A DNA stretch of 64,000 bases from an uncultured Nitrospiraceae bacterium (GCA_963705105.1 CAVPIW010000005.1:588987-652986); one strand, 5' to 3'; shown: positions 10,934 to 21,285, counted from the first letter of the stretch. Numbers and translations: made by a program. Notes: generated by a model not told the origin, from the sequence alone.

Positions 10934-11059
10934 CGTATTCATCCTCCTGAATGCAGAAGTTGTGATAGAAGATAGCACTTCGCGGAAGGGAAGGTCAATG
11001 GAAACAGCATGATCCGTCCCGAAACGGGGCGATCTCTGATACAATAGGGGGAAGCACTC

Positions 11060-11596
11060 ATGAATGCCCTCGACATATCCATCGCCGCGGTCCTCTGCAT
11101 CGCTGCCGTTCACGGCATGTGGAAAGGCCTTGTCAGGCAGCTTGCCTCAGTCGCCGGCATCGTTGCCGGGTTTTTCATCGCCTCAGGATACTATGAGCGG
11201 TTCGCGTATCTCGTTCCCCATGACGATCCCGGGGTACGGAAGCTGCTCTGCTTCATCGTCCTCTTCCTGGGTTGCCTCATTATCGCAGCCTTTGCCGGGT
11301 GGCTGATCGCAGGGATTACAAAGAAGTCAGGCCTGGGGTGGCTGAACAGGCTCACCGGCGGCATCGTCGGGTTTCTGAAGGGCTTTCTTATCATCCTCGT
11401 CATGACTATCCCTGTCATTCTGCTGCTGCCTGCGGACAGCCGACTGGTCCGGAACTCCCTAGCGGTCCCCTACGTCCTTTCCGGTGCCCGGTTCCTGTAC
11501 GGCGCCGTCCCCGGTGAGTTCAGGGATGCCTATGCTGAGAAGGTCAGAGCCCTGACGGGAGGCCAGGGGAAGTCAGACCGGAAAAAGAAGAATTGA
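11060..11596 (+). CDS. cvpA: CvpA family membrane protein
   Basis: MNALDI..., GMWKGLVRQL, LNRLTGGIVGFLKG, four TM segments. Confidence 0.88.
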   Translation: MNALDISIAAVLCIAAVHGMWKGLVRQLASVAGIVAGFFIASGYYERFAYLVPHDDPGVRKLLCFIVLFLGCLIIAAFAGWLIAGITKKSGLGWLNRLTGGIVGFLKGFLIILVMTIPVILLLPADSRLVRNSLAVPYVLSGARFLYGAVPGEFRDAYAEKVRALTGGQGKSDRKKKN

Positions 11597-11609
11597 AGGC
11601 GCGTCTCCC

Positions 11610-12897
11610 GTGAGTGATCTGATCGCATATGGCGGACTCGTTCTTGCCGTCGCCGTCTTGATCCTGCTGATGCTGAACATGCGTCGACGTCCGCTCGGAG
11701 GAACAGTCCAGTCTCGAAGGGAGGATCGCATCCGTTGAGCGGATGCTCGGGGCGATGGAGCTGCGCATGATGGAGGAGCACGCCCGGAATCGCGAAGAAG
11801 GGACCCTGAACGCCCAGAGGCTCAGGGATGAAGTGAGCGGCACTCTCCACTCACTCAACAATTCTCTCCTGTCGCGGCTTTCGGAGTCATCGGGACAGCA
11901 GAGAAGCCAGATCGAGACCCTGGCAGACAATGTGCAGCGCAGGCTCGAACGGATGCGCGATACCCTTGACGAACGGCTGAACATGGTCCGGGAAGAAAAC
12001 GCGAAAAAGCTTGACGAGATGAGGGCAGTCGTGGACGAGAAACTCCATGCGACACTTGAACGCAGACTCGGCGAGTCCTTCAGGCTTGTGAGCGAGAGAC
12101 TCGATCTCGTTCACAGGGGGCTCGGGGAGATGCAGTCCCTGGCATCGAGCGTGGGAGACCTCAAGAGGGTTTTCGCAAACGTGAAGACAAGGGGGATCTG
12201 GGGCGAGGTGCAGCTCGGAAGCCTCCTTGAGCAAGTGCTGACAAAGGACCAGTTCGAGTGCAATGTGGCCACGAAAAGGGGAAGCGCCGAGCGGGTGGAA
12301 TTTGCGATACGGCTGCCGGGCAGGGACGACACGGGAGAAATCATCCGGCTCCCCGTGGACGCGAAATTTCCCCACGATGATTATGAAAGGCTCGTCGAGG
12401 CGCAGGAGCGCGGCGACGTCCCCGGTGCAGAGGACGCCGCCCGGAGCCTTGAGGTGAGGATAAAGACCTGCGCACGGGAGATCCGGGACAAGTACCTTGA
12501 TCCCCCCTTCACGACGGATTTCGCGGTCCTGTTCCTGCCCATCGAGGGGCTCTACGCCGAGGTCCTGCGGAGGCCGGGCATCTGTGAACTGCTTCAGAGG
12601 GAGTACCGGGTGACCGTGACGGGACCAACGACACTCGCCGCATTTCTCAACAGCCTCCAGATGGGATTCAGGACGCTGGCCATCGAACGCCGTACCGGAG
12701 AGGTATGGCGACTCCTCGGCGCCGTCAAGACGGAGTTCGGCAAGTTCGGCGATATCCTCGACAAGACGCACCGGAAGCTCCAGGAAGCGAGTTCTTCCAT
12801 AGAGACGGCGACACGGAAGAGCCGCACGATCGAGAGGAAATTGCAGGAAGTGCAGGAGATGCCGCCGGAGGAGTCACTGCCCGGCGTTGATCAATAA
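11610..12897 (+). CDS. rmuC: DNA recombination protein RmuC (N-terminal TM appears frameshifted; main ORF 11743-12897)
   Basis: KTRGIWGEVQL, LPVDAKFP, TTDFAVLFLPIEGLYAE, GPTTL, LNSLQMGFRTLAI. Confidence 0.9.
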
Positions 12898-13200
12898 ACC
12901 TGATCGTTGCATATGATCTCCGGAAAGGCGGGGTGTATGCGCCGAAAACCTTGCTGCGGCGACACCTGTACCATCACAAAAGACACCGGTTTAAAGCGAT
13001 GTTTGAAATGCGCGCCTCTTCCTCACACTCACACTGTCACTGGCACTTTTTTCAGAGCGCTTTGCCCCGCCTTTCGGCGCATCTGCCAAAATGGTCCTCA
13101 TCATCGCATTGGAAAGGCTTTGAACCATATCTGCCTTTCCGGAGGCAACGTCGCTATCAATAAGGCTTCGAGGCATTTCGTCCCGCCTTCTCATGTAACC
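12898..13200. repeat. Composite modular palindromic repeat element
   Basis: Begins immediately after the rmuC TAA; inverted 9047-type unit fused to the reversed conserved module and a CCCGCCTTCTCATGTAAC end. Confidence 0.92.
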
Positions 13201-13211
13201 GCCAATTAAAG

Positions 13212-13243
13212 AGGGCGGCTCAGTCAGATTGAAGAGCCGCCCT
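13212..13243. terminator. Stem-loop between convergent rmuC and hisS
   Basis: AGGGCGGCTC...GAGCCGCCCT perfect 10-bp stem. Confidence 0.6.
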
Positions 13244-13494
13244 GTCGACTATGGCAGCGAGTCCTCCGGGGGGTCGTATGCACGCAAGAAATACCCTTCA
13301 ATGAGGGGAAGATGATCGTGTGTCCTTCCCGAGCCCTCCCAGCACTGCGACAGACTACCACAGGTTTCTTTCAGTCATAACGGCGTCCCCGCCCCGTGAT
13401 GATCCCGACCGCACCTCGTCCCATTCACCGGGATCCGGACTGCGGGGCCGCGCTTACCTATGTTATCGTCACTGCCCCCGGAAACTTGATTTTA

Positions 13495-13932
13495 ACTCCT
13501 CGTTGCATACTCGTTCGGGAAAGGTGGGAAAAGGCGCCACTCACTCCGGCGGGAAGGCTGATGTGGTGAAAAGCCTATCCGCGAAGATACCTTGTTCATC
13601 CCCAGATCACCTTTTTCCGTAGTCCATTGATAGGAAGAGCCCGTAAGGCAACAGGCGCTGAACACCCCGATATGCACACCCATAGGCCCGACCGAATGGC
13701 GCGGTGAAGCGCCGAAAAGCATCGGTGCTGCGAAACCGCTGCCGTCCCGCTGAGTGTATGTAAGCAAAACTGTTGATGATACAGAGGATGAACTCTTCAA
13801 CAAACAATAATAAATAATCATGCTCGCTATCAGCGAGGCGTTGAGGCGCTTTGCCCCGCCTTTCGGCGCATCTGCCAAAATGGTCCTCATCATCGCATTG
13901 GAAAGGCTTTGAACCATATCTGCCTTCCCGTC
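13495..13932. repeat. Composite modular palindromic repeat element
   Basis: Shares modules with 43564-43792, 16925-17162 and 13057-13140. Confidence 0.92.
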
Positions 13933-13945
13933 AGAACATGGTTCG

Positions 13946-15202
13946 TCAGCGCATTCCCTCTCCGATGAGGGACAACAGGGACGAGAAAGGGATCTCGCCC
14001 TGCTCACCCTTTTTCAGATGCTTCCATTTGATCATGCCCGCCTTGAGCTCTTCGTCTCCGATGATCAGGGCATAGGCGGCGCCGAGACGGTCCGCCTTTC
14101 GCAGTTGGCTCTTGAGGGACGCGCCGCCATAGTTCGGCTCGACGCGGTGGCCCGCTTTTCTGAGCGTTTCGGCGATCCGCAGGCCCTCGATGCCGGCATC
14201 CTCCCCGAGGGTCGCAACAAATACTGCCGGGCCCGGTCCGTCGATACACGTTTTCTCCTTCAGCAGCGCCGTGATCCTTTCCATGCCCATGGCAAAACCG
14301 ATGGCCGGCGTGGGTGACCCGCCGAATTCCCCGACGAGACCGTCGTAGCGTCCGCCGGCAGAGACGGCCTTCTGGGCGCCGAGATGTTCGCTCGTCACCT
14401 CGAAGGTCGTTCTCGTGTAGTAGTCAAGACCCCTGACGAGGTTGGGATTGACGACGTGGGTGATCCCCAGGAGTCTCAACCGCCTCAGGACATCGTCGAA
14501 GTGGCATCGGCAGTCCGGGCAGAGGTGGTCCTGGATGGACGGCGCCCCTTTCCTGAGTTCGACGCACCTGTCGACCTTGCAGTCGAGGATCCTCAGGGGA
14601 TTGGTCCCGTACCGGCGCTGGCAGTCGGGGCAGAGCTGGGGCAACAGGTCCCGGAAATGGCCGAGAAGGGCCTGCTTGAAGGCGGGCCTGCACTCTTCGC
14701 AGCCGATCGAGTTGATCTCGAAGGAAATCCCCTCGATCCCGATCCGTTCGAGCAGGCTCTGCAGCATCGTAATCATCTCGGCATCGAGAGACGCCTCGGC
14801 AACGCCGAACGCCTCAGCCCCGATCTGGTAGAACTGCCTGAACCGTCCCTTTTGAGGGCGTTCGTACCGGAACATCGGTCCGGTGTAATAAAACTTCTGG
14901 GGAGAGGGGAGGGTGTGGAGGTGATGTTCGATATAGCAGCGCACGGCCGGCGCCGTGCCCTCAGGCCGCAGGGTGATGCTCCTGCCCGCCCTGTCGAGGA
15001 AGGTGTACATCTCCTTTTCGACGATATCCGTCGTCTCGCCGATGCTGCGCGTGAAGAGATCCGTCGATTCCACGACGGGAAGACGGATCTCCTGATATCC
15101 ATAGAGGGAGAAGACCTCGCGGGCCGCCGACTCGACGTGCTGCCAGATCGCAATCTCCGGGGGCAGGATGTCCTGCATCCCCTTCGGGGCGCTAAACTTC
15201 AC
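13946..15202 (-). CDS. hisS: Histidine--tRNA ligase
   Basis: LRPEGTA, FRYERPQKGRFRQFYQ, LVRGLDYYT, GGRYD, GMERI. Confidence 0.98.
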   Translation of the reverse strand: MKFSAPKGMQDILPPEIAIWQHVESAAREVFSLYGYQEIRLPVVESTDLFTRSIGETTDIVEKEMYTFLDRAGRSITLRPEGTAPAVRCYIEHHLHTLPSPQKFYYTGPMFRYERPQKGRFRQFYQIGAEAFGVAEASLDAEMITMLQSLLERIGIEGISFEINSIGCEECRPAFKQALLGHFRDLLPQLCPDCQRRYGTNPLRILDCKVDRCVELRKGAPSIQDHLCPDCRCHFDDVLRRLRLLGITHVVNPNLVRGLDYYTRTTFEVTSEHLGAQKAVSAGGRYDGLVGEFGGSPTPAIGFAMGMERITALLKEKTCIDGPGPAVFVATLGEDAGIEGLRIAETLRKAGHRVEPNYGGASLKSQLRKADRLGAAYALIIGDEELKAGMIKWKHLKKGEQGEIPFSSLLSLIGEGMR

Positions 15203-15668
15203 CGGAGTCTTCCCCTTCTCTCACCTTGTCGAACTCGAGCATCCTCATGTGGCCCTCGATCAGCCTCTTCAGCTCTTCCTTGAAATGCTGCCTGATCCCC
15301 TTCAGGTCGACGATATCCTCATGGATTTTCACGACCTTCTCCTGGGCGCCCTTGATCAGGGTGTCGGCGTTCAACTCCGCCTCTCTTATGATGAGCTCGG
15401 CTTCCTTCTTTGCATTCCCCTTGTACTCCTCGACCATCTGCTGCGCCGTCAGGAGCGTCTCGCGGAGAGTACTCTCCATCTGCCTGTATTCTTTGAGCTG
15501 TTCGTCGGTCCTGCTGATCTGCTCCTTCAGCGTGGCGTTTTCCCTGAGGATCTCTTCCATTTCCTCCCTGACGAGTTCAAGGAACGAGTAAACCTCTTCG
15601 ACGTCAAAGCCGCGGAAAAGCCTCACGGGAAACTGCTTCTGCTGGATGTCGAGCGGCGTGATCCTCAT
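15192..15668 (-). CDS. divIVA: DivIVA domain protein
   Basis: ITPLDIQQKQF..FRGFDVEEVYSFL followed by coiled coil; conserved gene context. Confidence 0.92.
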   Translation of the reverse strand: MRITPLDIQQKQFPVRLFRGFDVEEVYSFLELVREEMEEILRENATLKEQISRTDEQLKEYRQMESTLRETLLTAQQMVEEYKGNAKKEAELIIREAELNADTLIKGAQEKVVKIHEDIVDLKGIRQHFKEELKRLIEGHMRMLEFDKVREGEDSGEV

Positions 15669-15979
15669 ATGATCCCACCTCCTTTCATTTTGTACCCTAG
15701 TTCGACAAGGGAATGAATGATGAATTTTTGAACAAATATAATAGCAAGAATGACGACGAGAGGTGAAATATCGATGGGACCGAGACGGTGGCCGATCACT
15801 CGCCTGATGGGACGGAAAACGGGCTCCGTCACGGCATGCAGAAAGCGGACGATCGGGTTGTAAGGATCAGGGCTCACCCAGCTGATGATAGCCGAGATGA
15901 TGACGATCCACGTGTATATGTCGAGCCCGATGTCGAGAACCCTGGCGACGGCGATAATGAAATTAGCAAAAATGAACAC
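15665..15979 (-). CDS. yggT: YggT family membrane protein
   Basis: ISWVSPDPYNPIVRFL..TEP..PIR..IDISP. Confidence 0.93.
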   Translation of the reverse strand: MFIFANFIIAVARVLDIGLDIYTWIVIISAIISWVSPDPYNPIVRFLHAVTEPVFRPIRRVIGHRLGPIDISPLVVILAIIFVQKFIIHSLVELGYKMKGGGII

Positions 15980-16768
15980 CTAATCCCTCCTTCCCAATTC
16001 CTCTGCCCGTCTGAGTGCAGCGCCGAGGGCGCTCTTCACACATTCACGGAACCCCAGCTCCCCGAAGACGCGGAGGCCCGCCGCCGTCGTTCCCCCCGGC
16101 GAGGTGACCATCTCCCGGAGCCGCGCCGGGGGCATCCCGTTGTCGAGGAGTCTTGCCGTCCCGAGAGTGGTCTGTACGGCCAGTTCGCGCGCCGCGTCTT
16201 CATCGAGTCCCATGGAGACGCCGCTTTCGATGAGGGCTTCGACAAAGAGAGCGATAAAGGCGGGCCCGCTTCCCGAGAGGGCCGTGACGGCGTTCTGATA
16301 TTTCTCGGGCAACGTGAGGACCTTACCGACAGACATGAATATGTCGCGGACAATGGCAATATCCCTGTCCGAAAAACACTCGCAGAGTGACAGGACAGAC
16401 ATCCCCTCCTGGACGATGGCGGGCGTGTTCGGCATGACCCGCACGAGTTTCCTGGTCCTGACCCTGGAGGAGAGATACGAGAGGGGCACTCCGGCCGCTA
16501 TGGAGACGACGGTCTGATCCTCCCTGACGGCGCCGCCGATCTCGTCAAGGACGGCAGGGAGCATCTGGGGTTTGACGGCAAGGATGATCACCTGCGAGGT
16601 GTCGACGACCTCCCTGTTCGACGATGTGACCGTGATGCCGTATGCCGACCGGAGGCGTTCCCTCTTATCCGTTTCGGGTTCCGAGACGATGATCGCGCGG
16701 GAACCGCGTGATGTCATGCCCCGGATGAGCGCCTCCGCCATGTTGCCGCCGCCGATAAAACCGATCAT
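15980..16768 (-). CDS. proC: Pyrroline-5-carboxylate reductase
   Basis: IGFIGGGNM, LAVKP, RVMPNTP, SGSGPA, VTSPGGTT; AAAGGAG RBS before 16768. Confidence 0.96.
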   Translation of the reverse strand: MIGFIGGGNMAEALIRGMTSRGSRAIIVSEPETDKRERLRSAYGITVTSSNREVVDTSQVIILAVKPQMLPAVLDEIGGAVREDQTVVSIAAGVPLSYLSSRVRTRKLVRVMPNTPAIVQEGMSVLSLCECFSDRDIAIVRDIFMSVGKVLTLPEKYQNAVTALSGSGPAFIALFVEALIESGVSMGLDEDAARELAVQTTLGTARLLDNGMPPARLREMVTSPGGTTAAGLRVFGELGFRECVKSALGAALRRAEELGRRD

Positions 16769-16795
16769 ACCATCTCCTTTCGTTATCATAAGTCT

Positions 16796-17234
16796 ACCCT
16801 ACTGCTGGAACACGCCCTCCGGAAAAGCGGGACGTAGATGCCACAGAAACAGCGGATAATAGACAGTAGTCAGTAGTCACAGGCACTGACCACCCTGATA
16901 TGTACATATCGCTTCATACACTCTCCGGAAAGGCTGGGTGAACGCGCCGAAAAGCATCGGTGCTGCGACACCGCTGCCGTCCCATGCAGAGCATGCAAGG
17001 GTGACTGTTGATGATACAAAGGATGAAAACTTTAAAATCCAATAATAAACAATCATTCTCGCTATCAGCGAGGCTTTGAGGCGCTTCGCCCTGCCTTTCC
17101 ACATATCTGCCGAAATGTCTCATCATCGCATTGGAAAGGCTTTGAACCATATCTGCCTTCCCGCAGGCATCGGCAGTGACACTGACACTGTCACTGTTTT
17201 TCAGAGCGCTTCGCCCTGCCTTTCCATGCAGGGT
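16796..17234. repeat. Composite modular palindromic repeat element between yggS and proC
   Basis: Multiple family modules, ends CGCCCTGCCTTTCCATGCA. Confidence 0.92.
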
Positions 17235-17240
17235 ATAGCC

Positions 17241-17936
17241 TCACGCCCTCTCGCCGAATATGGCTGTGCCGATCCGGACGAGAGTCGCTCCTTCCTCGAC
17301 GGCGACGGTGAAGTCATGAGACATGCCCATGGACAGCTCGGGGAGCGGGAATCCCCGTTTTTCTGCATCGTCCCTCAGCTCCCTGAGTTTCCGGAAATAG
17401 GGCCTCGTCTCCTCGGCCTCCAGATACGGGGGCATGGTCATGAGGCCGAGAGGATGGAGATTCCGCAGGGACGATATCCCTTCAAGAAGCGGAATGAGTC
17501 CCTCCACGGGGACGCCGTGCTTCGTCTCCTCTTCGGAGAGCTTCACCTGGACGAGGACCTTCTGCACCTTGCCGAGCCTTTCGGCGTGATGATCGAGCAC
17601 GGTTGCGAGCTCAAGGGAGTCAACGGTATGGATCATGTCGAAGAGAGAAACGGCGTGCTTCGCCTTGTTTTTCTGAAGATGGCCGATCAGGTGCCACTCG
17701 ATCGTGCTCCTCAGGGGACCGAGCTCTGCCGATGTCACCTTGTCCTGTGCCTCCTGCACCCTGTTTTCCCCGAACACCCTGAGACCGGCATGATGGGCCT
17801 CCAGAACACGAGGGGCCTGTATGGTTTTCGTGACTGCCACGAGCCGGACTTCCGCCGGGTCTCTTCCGGCACGCATGGCGGCATGGCTCATCTGTCTGTA
17901 TATCCCGGATGCCCTCTCCAGGATCGTATCTGCCAT
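17241..17936 (-). CDS. yggS: PLP homeostasis protein YggS
   Basis: LVAVTK, FGENRVQE, WHLIGHLQKNK, LSMGMSHD, VRIGTAIFG. Confidence 0.96.
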   Translation of the reverse strand: MADTILERASGIYRQMSHAAMRAGRDPAEVRLVAVTKTIQAPRVLEAHHAGLRVFGENRVQEAQDKVTSAELGPLRSTIEWHLIGHLQKNKAKHAVSLFDMIHTVDSLELATVLDHHAERLGKVQKVLVQVKLSEEETKHGVPVEGLIPLLEGISSLRNLHPLGLMTMPPYLEAEETRPYFRKLRELRDDAEKRGFPLPELSMGMSHDFTVAVEEGATLVRIGTAIFGERA

Positions 17937-17983
17937 ACAAAACCTCTTATGTCCTGCTCATCGTATTGTCAAGACGATGGTAT

Positions 17984-18260
17984 ACCTCTCGGTTGCGTGA
18001 AGAGGCGGGGCGAATGCGCTCTGAAATACAGTGTCAGTGACAGTGTGTGTGTCAGCAAAAAGTTCACCTTTTTCAGCCGTCGGCCTGAAATAGCTTCATC
18101 GATGTCGGGCCGTTCGGGGAACGGCTCCTACAGTAATCCACTCTTTGTGTCAAAGACCACCGGTGTATAGTTCGTCTGCCCTTTTGATACAGGTGTCGGC
18201 GCAGCAAGGTTTTCGGCGCATACACCCCGCCTTTCCGGAACGCGTATGCAACGATACCGT
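17984..18260. repeat. Modular palindromic repeat element
   Basis: Reverse-complement homolog of the outer element at 49672-50132. Confidence 0.92.
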
Positions 18261-18445
18261 GAAAAGGCTAATTTGTCATGACGGTTAAGGTTAGCCTCTC
18301 AGCCCCTGCAACTCGTAACTCGCAACCCGTAACCCGTATAGTAAGTATCTCCGGTGATTTTATGCAAGAGAAGGCCATGCAAAGGGGAGGAGGAAAAGCC
18401 CGCGGCGACGCTGACGGCCGCAGGATGAGTGTGCTAATATAGACC

Positions 18446-19891
18446 ATGTTGAACCGGCTGACCTTCTCGCTCAACATGAAACTCATCCTCATGATGCTTT
18501 TCCTGAGTTTCGTCCTCATCTCCATGATCCTTGTCCTTTATTCGCAGTCTGAAAAAACGCTCTTCCGCGAAATCGAGCGTCAGACGGCGGAGCTCGCAAA
18601 GGCGATCCAGATCGGTGTCGAGGAAATCACCGCCTCGGGTACCACCGATGAGGCCCGTCTCGAGCACTACCTGAAGAACCTCAATGCGAAGGGTGTCAAC
18701 GAGATATCGATCATCAGCAATTCCGAAGAGATCGTCGCCAGCAGCAATCCCTCGAAGGTCGGCCAGCCGATCACGCACAAAAGGAAGGAACTGATCATCA
18801 GGGCCGAGCTCGGCGAGCCCGTGTCGGAGGAAGGAATGGCGTATAACATGATCCTGCCCGTCATCGCCGGGGGAACCCAATATGGATACATCCACCTCAA
18901 GATCAACAAGGACGACTTCTCCGACGTTCTGCGCCAGAACGCCATCAGCAGGATCCTGGCGACCCTTGCCGTTTTCGGACTGGGGATCATCATGACCCTC
19001 GTGCTGTCGAAACGCTATACCCGTCCGATCCAGGACGTCGTCGACGGGGCCGTGCGGGTGGCGGCGGGGGACCTGAACCAGAACATACCCGTCAAGGCGC
19101 GCGACGAGATCGGCCAGTTGGCGGAGGCGTTCAATTATATGGTCGAGAAACTGAAGGAAACGAGGAAGATCGAAGAGCGGCTCCGTGAAGCGGAGCATCT
19201 CTCCGGCCTCGGCCAGCTCTCCCGGAATATGGCTCATGAGATCAGAAACCCCCTCAATTTCATCAACCTCAGCATCGACCACATCGGCGGCAAGTACCGG
19301 CCCGAAGACCCCGGCGATCAGGAGAAATTCCTGAACCTCATCGGCGGCATAAAGCAGGAGATCCAGCGCCTGAACAAACTCGTCAACGACTTCCTCGATT
19401 ACAGCAGACAGATCAAGCTCAACCTGCAGACCGTGCGTATCGACAGTCTCCTCGAGGACGTTATGGACCTTGTCTGGGCCAAAGCGGAAGCCGACGGGAT
19501 CAGGATCGAAAAGGCGTACCTGGCGGCGGTGGAGCTGAAGGTCGACCCGGACCTGTTCAAGTCATGCATATTCAACATCGTGACAAACGCCTTTCATGCC
19601 ATGGCCGACCTGGACCGCGAGAAAGTGCTGAAGGTGAAAACGGATATTGAAGGGGCCGATTACGTACTGACGATCTCCGACAGCGGCGAAGGAGTGTCCC
19701 CCGAGAACCTGCCGAGGATATTCGAGCCCTTCTTTTCGACGAAACAGAACGGTCTCGGACTCGGTCTTCCCATGACGAAGAGAGTGATGGAGGAACACCA
19801 CGGGAGAGTGGAATTCTCGAGTGTCAAAGGCGCCGGGAGCGAAGTGAGGCTGGTCCTTCCCGTCGAGGCCCAGGGACCGGGTCCGGAATAA
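18446..19891 (+). CDS. HAMP-domain sensor histidine kinase
   Basis: Two TMs, HAMP (DEIGQLAEAFNYM), AHEIRNPL, IFEPFFSTK, GLGLGL. Confidence 0.95.
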   Translation: MLNRLTFSLNMKLILMMLFLSFVLISMILVLYSQSEKTLFREIERQTAELAKAIQIGVEEITASGTTDEARLEHYLKNLNAKGVNEISIISNSEEIVASSNPSKVGQPITHKRKELIIRAELGEPVSEEGMAYNMILPVIAGGTQYGYIHLKINKDDFSDVLRQNAISRILATLAVFGLGIIMTLVLSKRYTRPIQDVVDGAVRVAAGDLNQNIPVKARDEIGQLAEAFNYMVEKLKETRKIEERLREAEHLSGLGQLSRNMAHEIRNPLNFINLSIDHIGGKYRPEDPGDQEKFLNLIGGIKQEIQRLNKLVNDFLDYSRQIKLNLQTVRIDSLLEDVMDLVWAKAEADGIRIEKAYLAAVELKVDPDLFKSCIFNIVTNAFHAMADLDREKVLKVKTDIEGADYVLTISDSGEGVSPENLPRIFEPFFSTKQNGLGLGLPMTKRVMEEHHGRVEFSSVKGAGSEVRLVLPVEAQGPGPE

Positions 19892-21285
19892 TGGCTGTGA
19901 TCGTTGTTATCGATGATGAGCGCCGCCAGCGGGAAATCCTGAAGACCATCCTCGATGAGGAAGGGTACGAGGTCCACACGGCTTCATCCGCCGAGGAGGG
20001 CCTGGACTTCATCACGACCCTGAGGCCCGATGTCGTCATCACCGATCTGAAAATGGGAGGCATGAGCGGCCTCCAGCTCCTGGAACATATCCCCGATGAA
20101 GCGGTGAAGCCCTCGGTGATCATCATGACCGCCTACGGGACGATCTCTTCCGCTGTCGACGCCATGAAGAAGGGCGCCTTCGACTATGTCACGAAACCTC
20201 TCGAAAAAGACGCCATCATCCTGACCATCGGCAAGGCGGTGGAGCGTATCGAGCTGCTGAAAGAGAATATCCGCCTTCAGGACGCCCTCTTTGACAGGTT
20301 CAAGATCGAAGGGATCGTGGGGAACTCCGGAAAGATGAAGGAAGCGATGGAGGTTGTCCGCAAGGTGACTCCCACGTCAGCGACAGTTCTCATTCTTGGC
20401 GAGAGCGGCACGGGAAAGGAGCTCATCGCCCGGGCGATTCATTACAACAGTCCGCGCAGGACCGGACCCTTTACGGCGATCAACTGCGCCGCCATCCCTG
20501 AGAATCTGATCGAGAGCGAACTCTTCGGGTATGAACCGGGATCGTTCACCGGGGCGACGCATAGGAAGCTCGGTCTCTTCGAATCAACCGATGCCGGCAC
20601 GCTCTTCCTCGATGAAGTGGGAGACCTGCCGCCCCTGACGCAGACAAAGATCCTGAGGGTGATGCAGGACAAGGAAGTCAGGAGACTGGGCGGCAAGAAC
20701 TCCATCAAGGTCGACGTAAGGATCATCGCCGCGACGAACAAGGACCTCGACCGGGAAGTGAAACAGGGGAGGTTCCGCGAGGACCTCTACTACCGGTTCA
20801 AGGTTGTTACCGTTGAACTCCCCCCTCTCCGGGAGAGAAAGGAGGATATCCCGACCCTTGTCACGTATTTCGTCGACAAGTACAACAAGGAGTTCGGCAA
20901 GCGGATCAGGGAGGTGAGCGACAGTGCGATGAAGGCGCTCGTCAGCTACCACTGGCCGGGAAACATCAGGCATCTCGAATCGGTCGTCGAGCGTGCCGTC
21001 ATCCTCTGTGACAGCGATTCCATCAACCTTCACGACATCAGGAGCGAACTTCGGGTGTCCCAGGACAAGAGCGCCCTCGATCTCGAAATCCCCGATGAAG
21101 GGATCAATTTCGAGGAACTCGAGAAAGAGCTGATCAAGAAGGCGATGATCAAGGCGAATAACGTGGCCGCAAAGGCTGCGCGATACCTCGGCATGAGCTA
21201 TAAGACTTTCTGGTACCGTCTCGAAAAATTCGGCCTGTCGTCCGTATCCCCAAAAGAGGATGTCATTCCCGAAAAGAGAACTTGA
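19891..21285 (+). CDS. Sigma54-dependent NtrC-family response regulator
   Basis: Receiver, GESGTGKE, ESELFG..GSFTGA, WPGNIR, Fis-type HTH. Confidence 0.96.
   Translation: MAVIVVIDDERRQREILKTILDEEGYEVHTASSAEEGLDFITTLRPDVVITDLKMGGMSGLQLLEHIPDEAVKPSVIIMTAYGTISSAVDAMKKGAFDYVTKPLEKDAIILTIGKAVERIELLKENIRLQDALFDRFKIEGIVGNSGKMKEAMEVVRKVTPTSATVLILGESGTGKELIARAIHYNSPRRTGPFTAINCAAIPENLIESELFGYEPGSFTGATHRKLGLFESTDAGTLFLDEVGDLPPLTQTKILRVMQDKEVRRLGGKNSIKVDVRIIAATNKDLDREVKQGRFREDLYYRFKVVTVELPPLRERKEDIPTLVTYFVDKYNKEFGKRIREVSDSAMKALVSYHWPGNIRHLESVVERAVILCDSDSINLHDIRSELRVSQDKSALDLEIPDEGINFEELEKELIKKAMIKANNVAAKAARYLGMSYKTFWYRLEKFGLSSVSPKEDVIPEKRT

Noticed and set aside
13244..13494. Possible small gene or RNA between rmuC and hisS
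   Set aside because: No convincing ORF, motif or structure beyond the terminator-like stem.
12907..14075. Short ORFs sharing peptides such as GKADMVQSLSNAMMR or SVSVSV (also near 16914, 17076, 23299, 34210, 43522, 47810, 49685)
   Set aside because: They are translations of the repeat modules in varying frames and strands, with inconsistent starts and stops.
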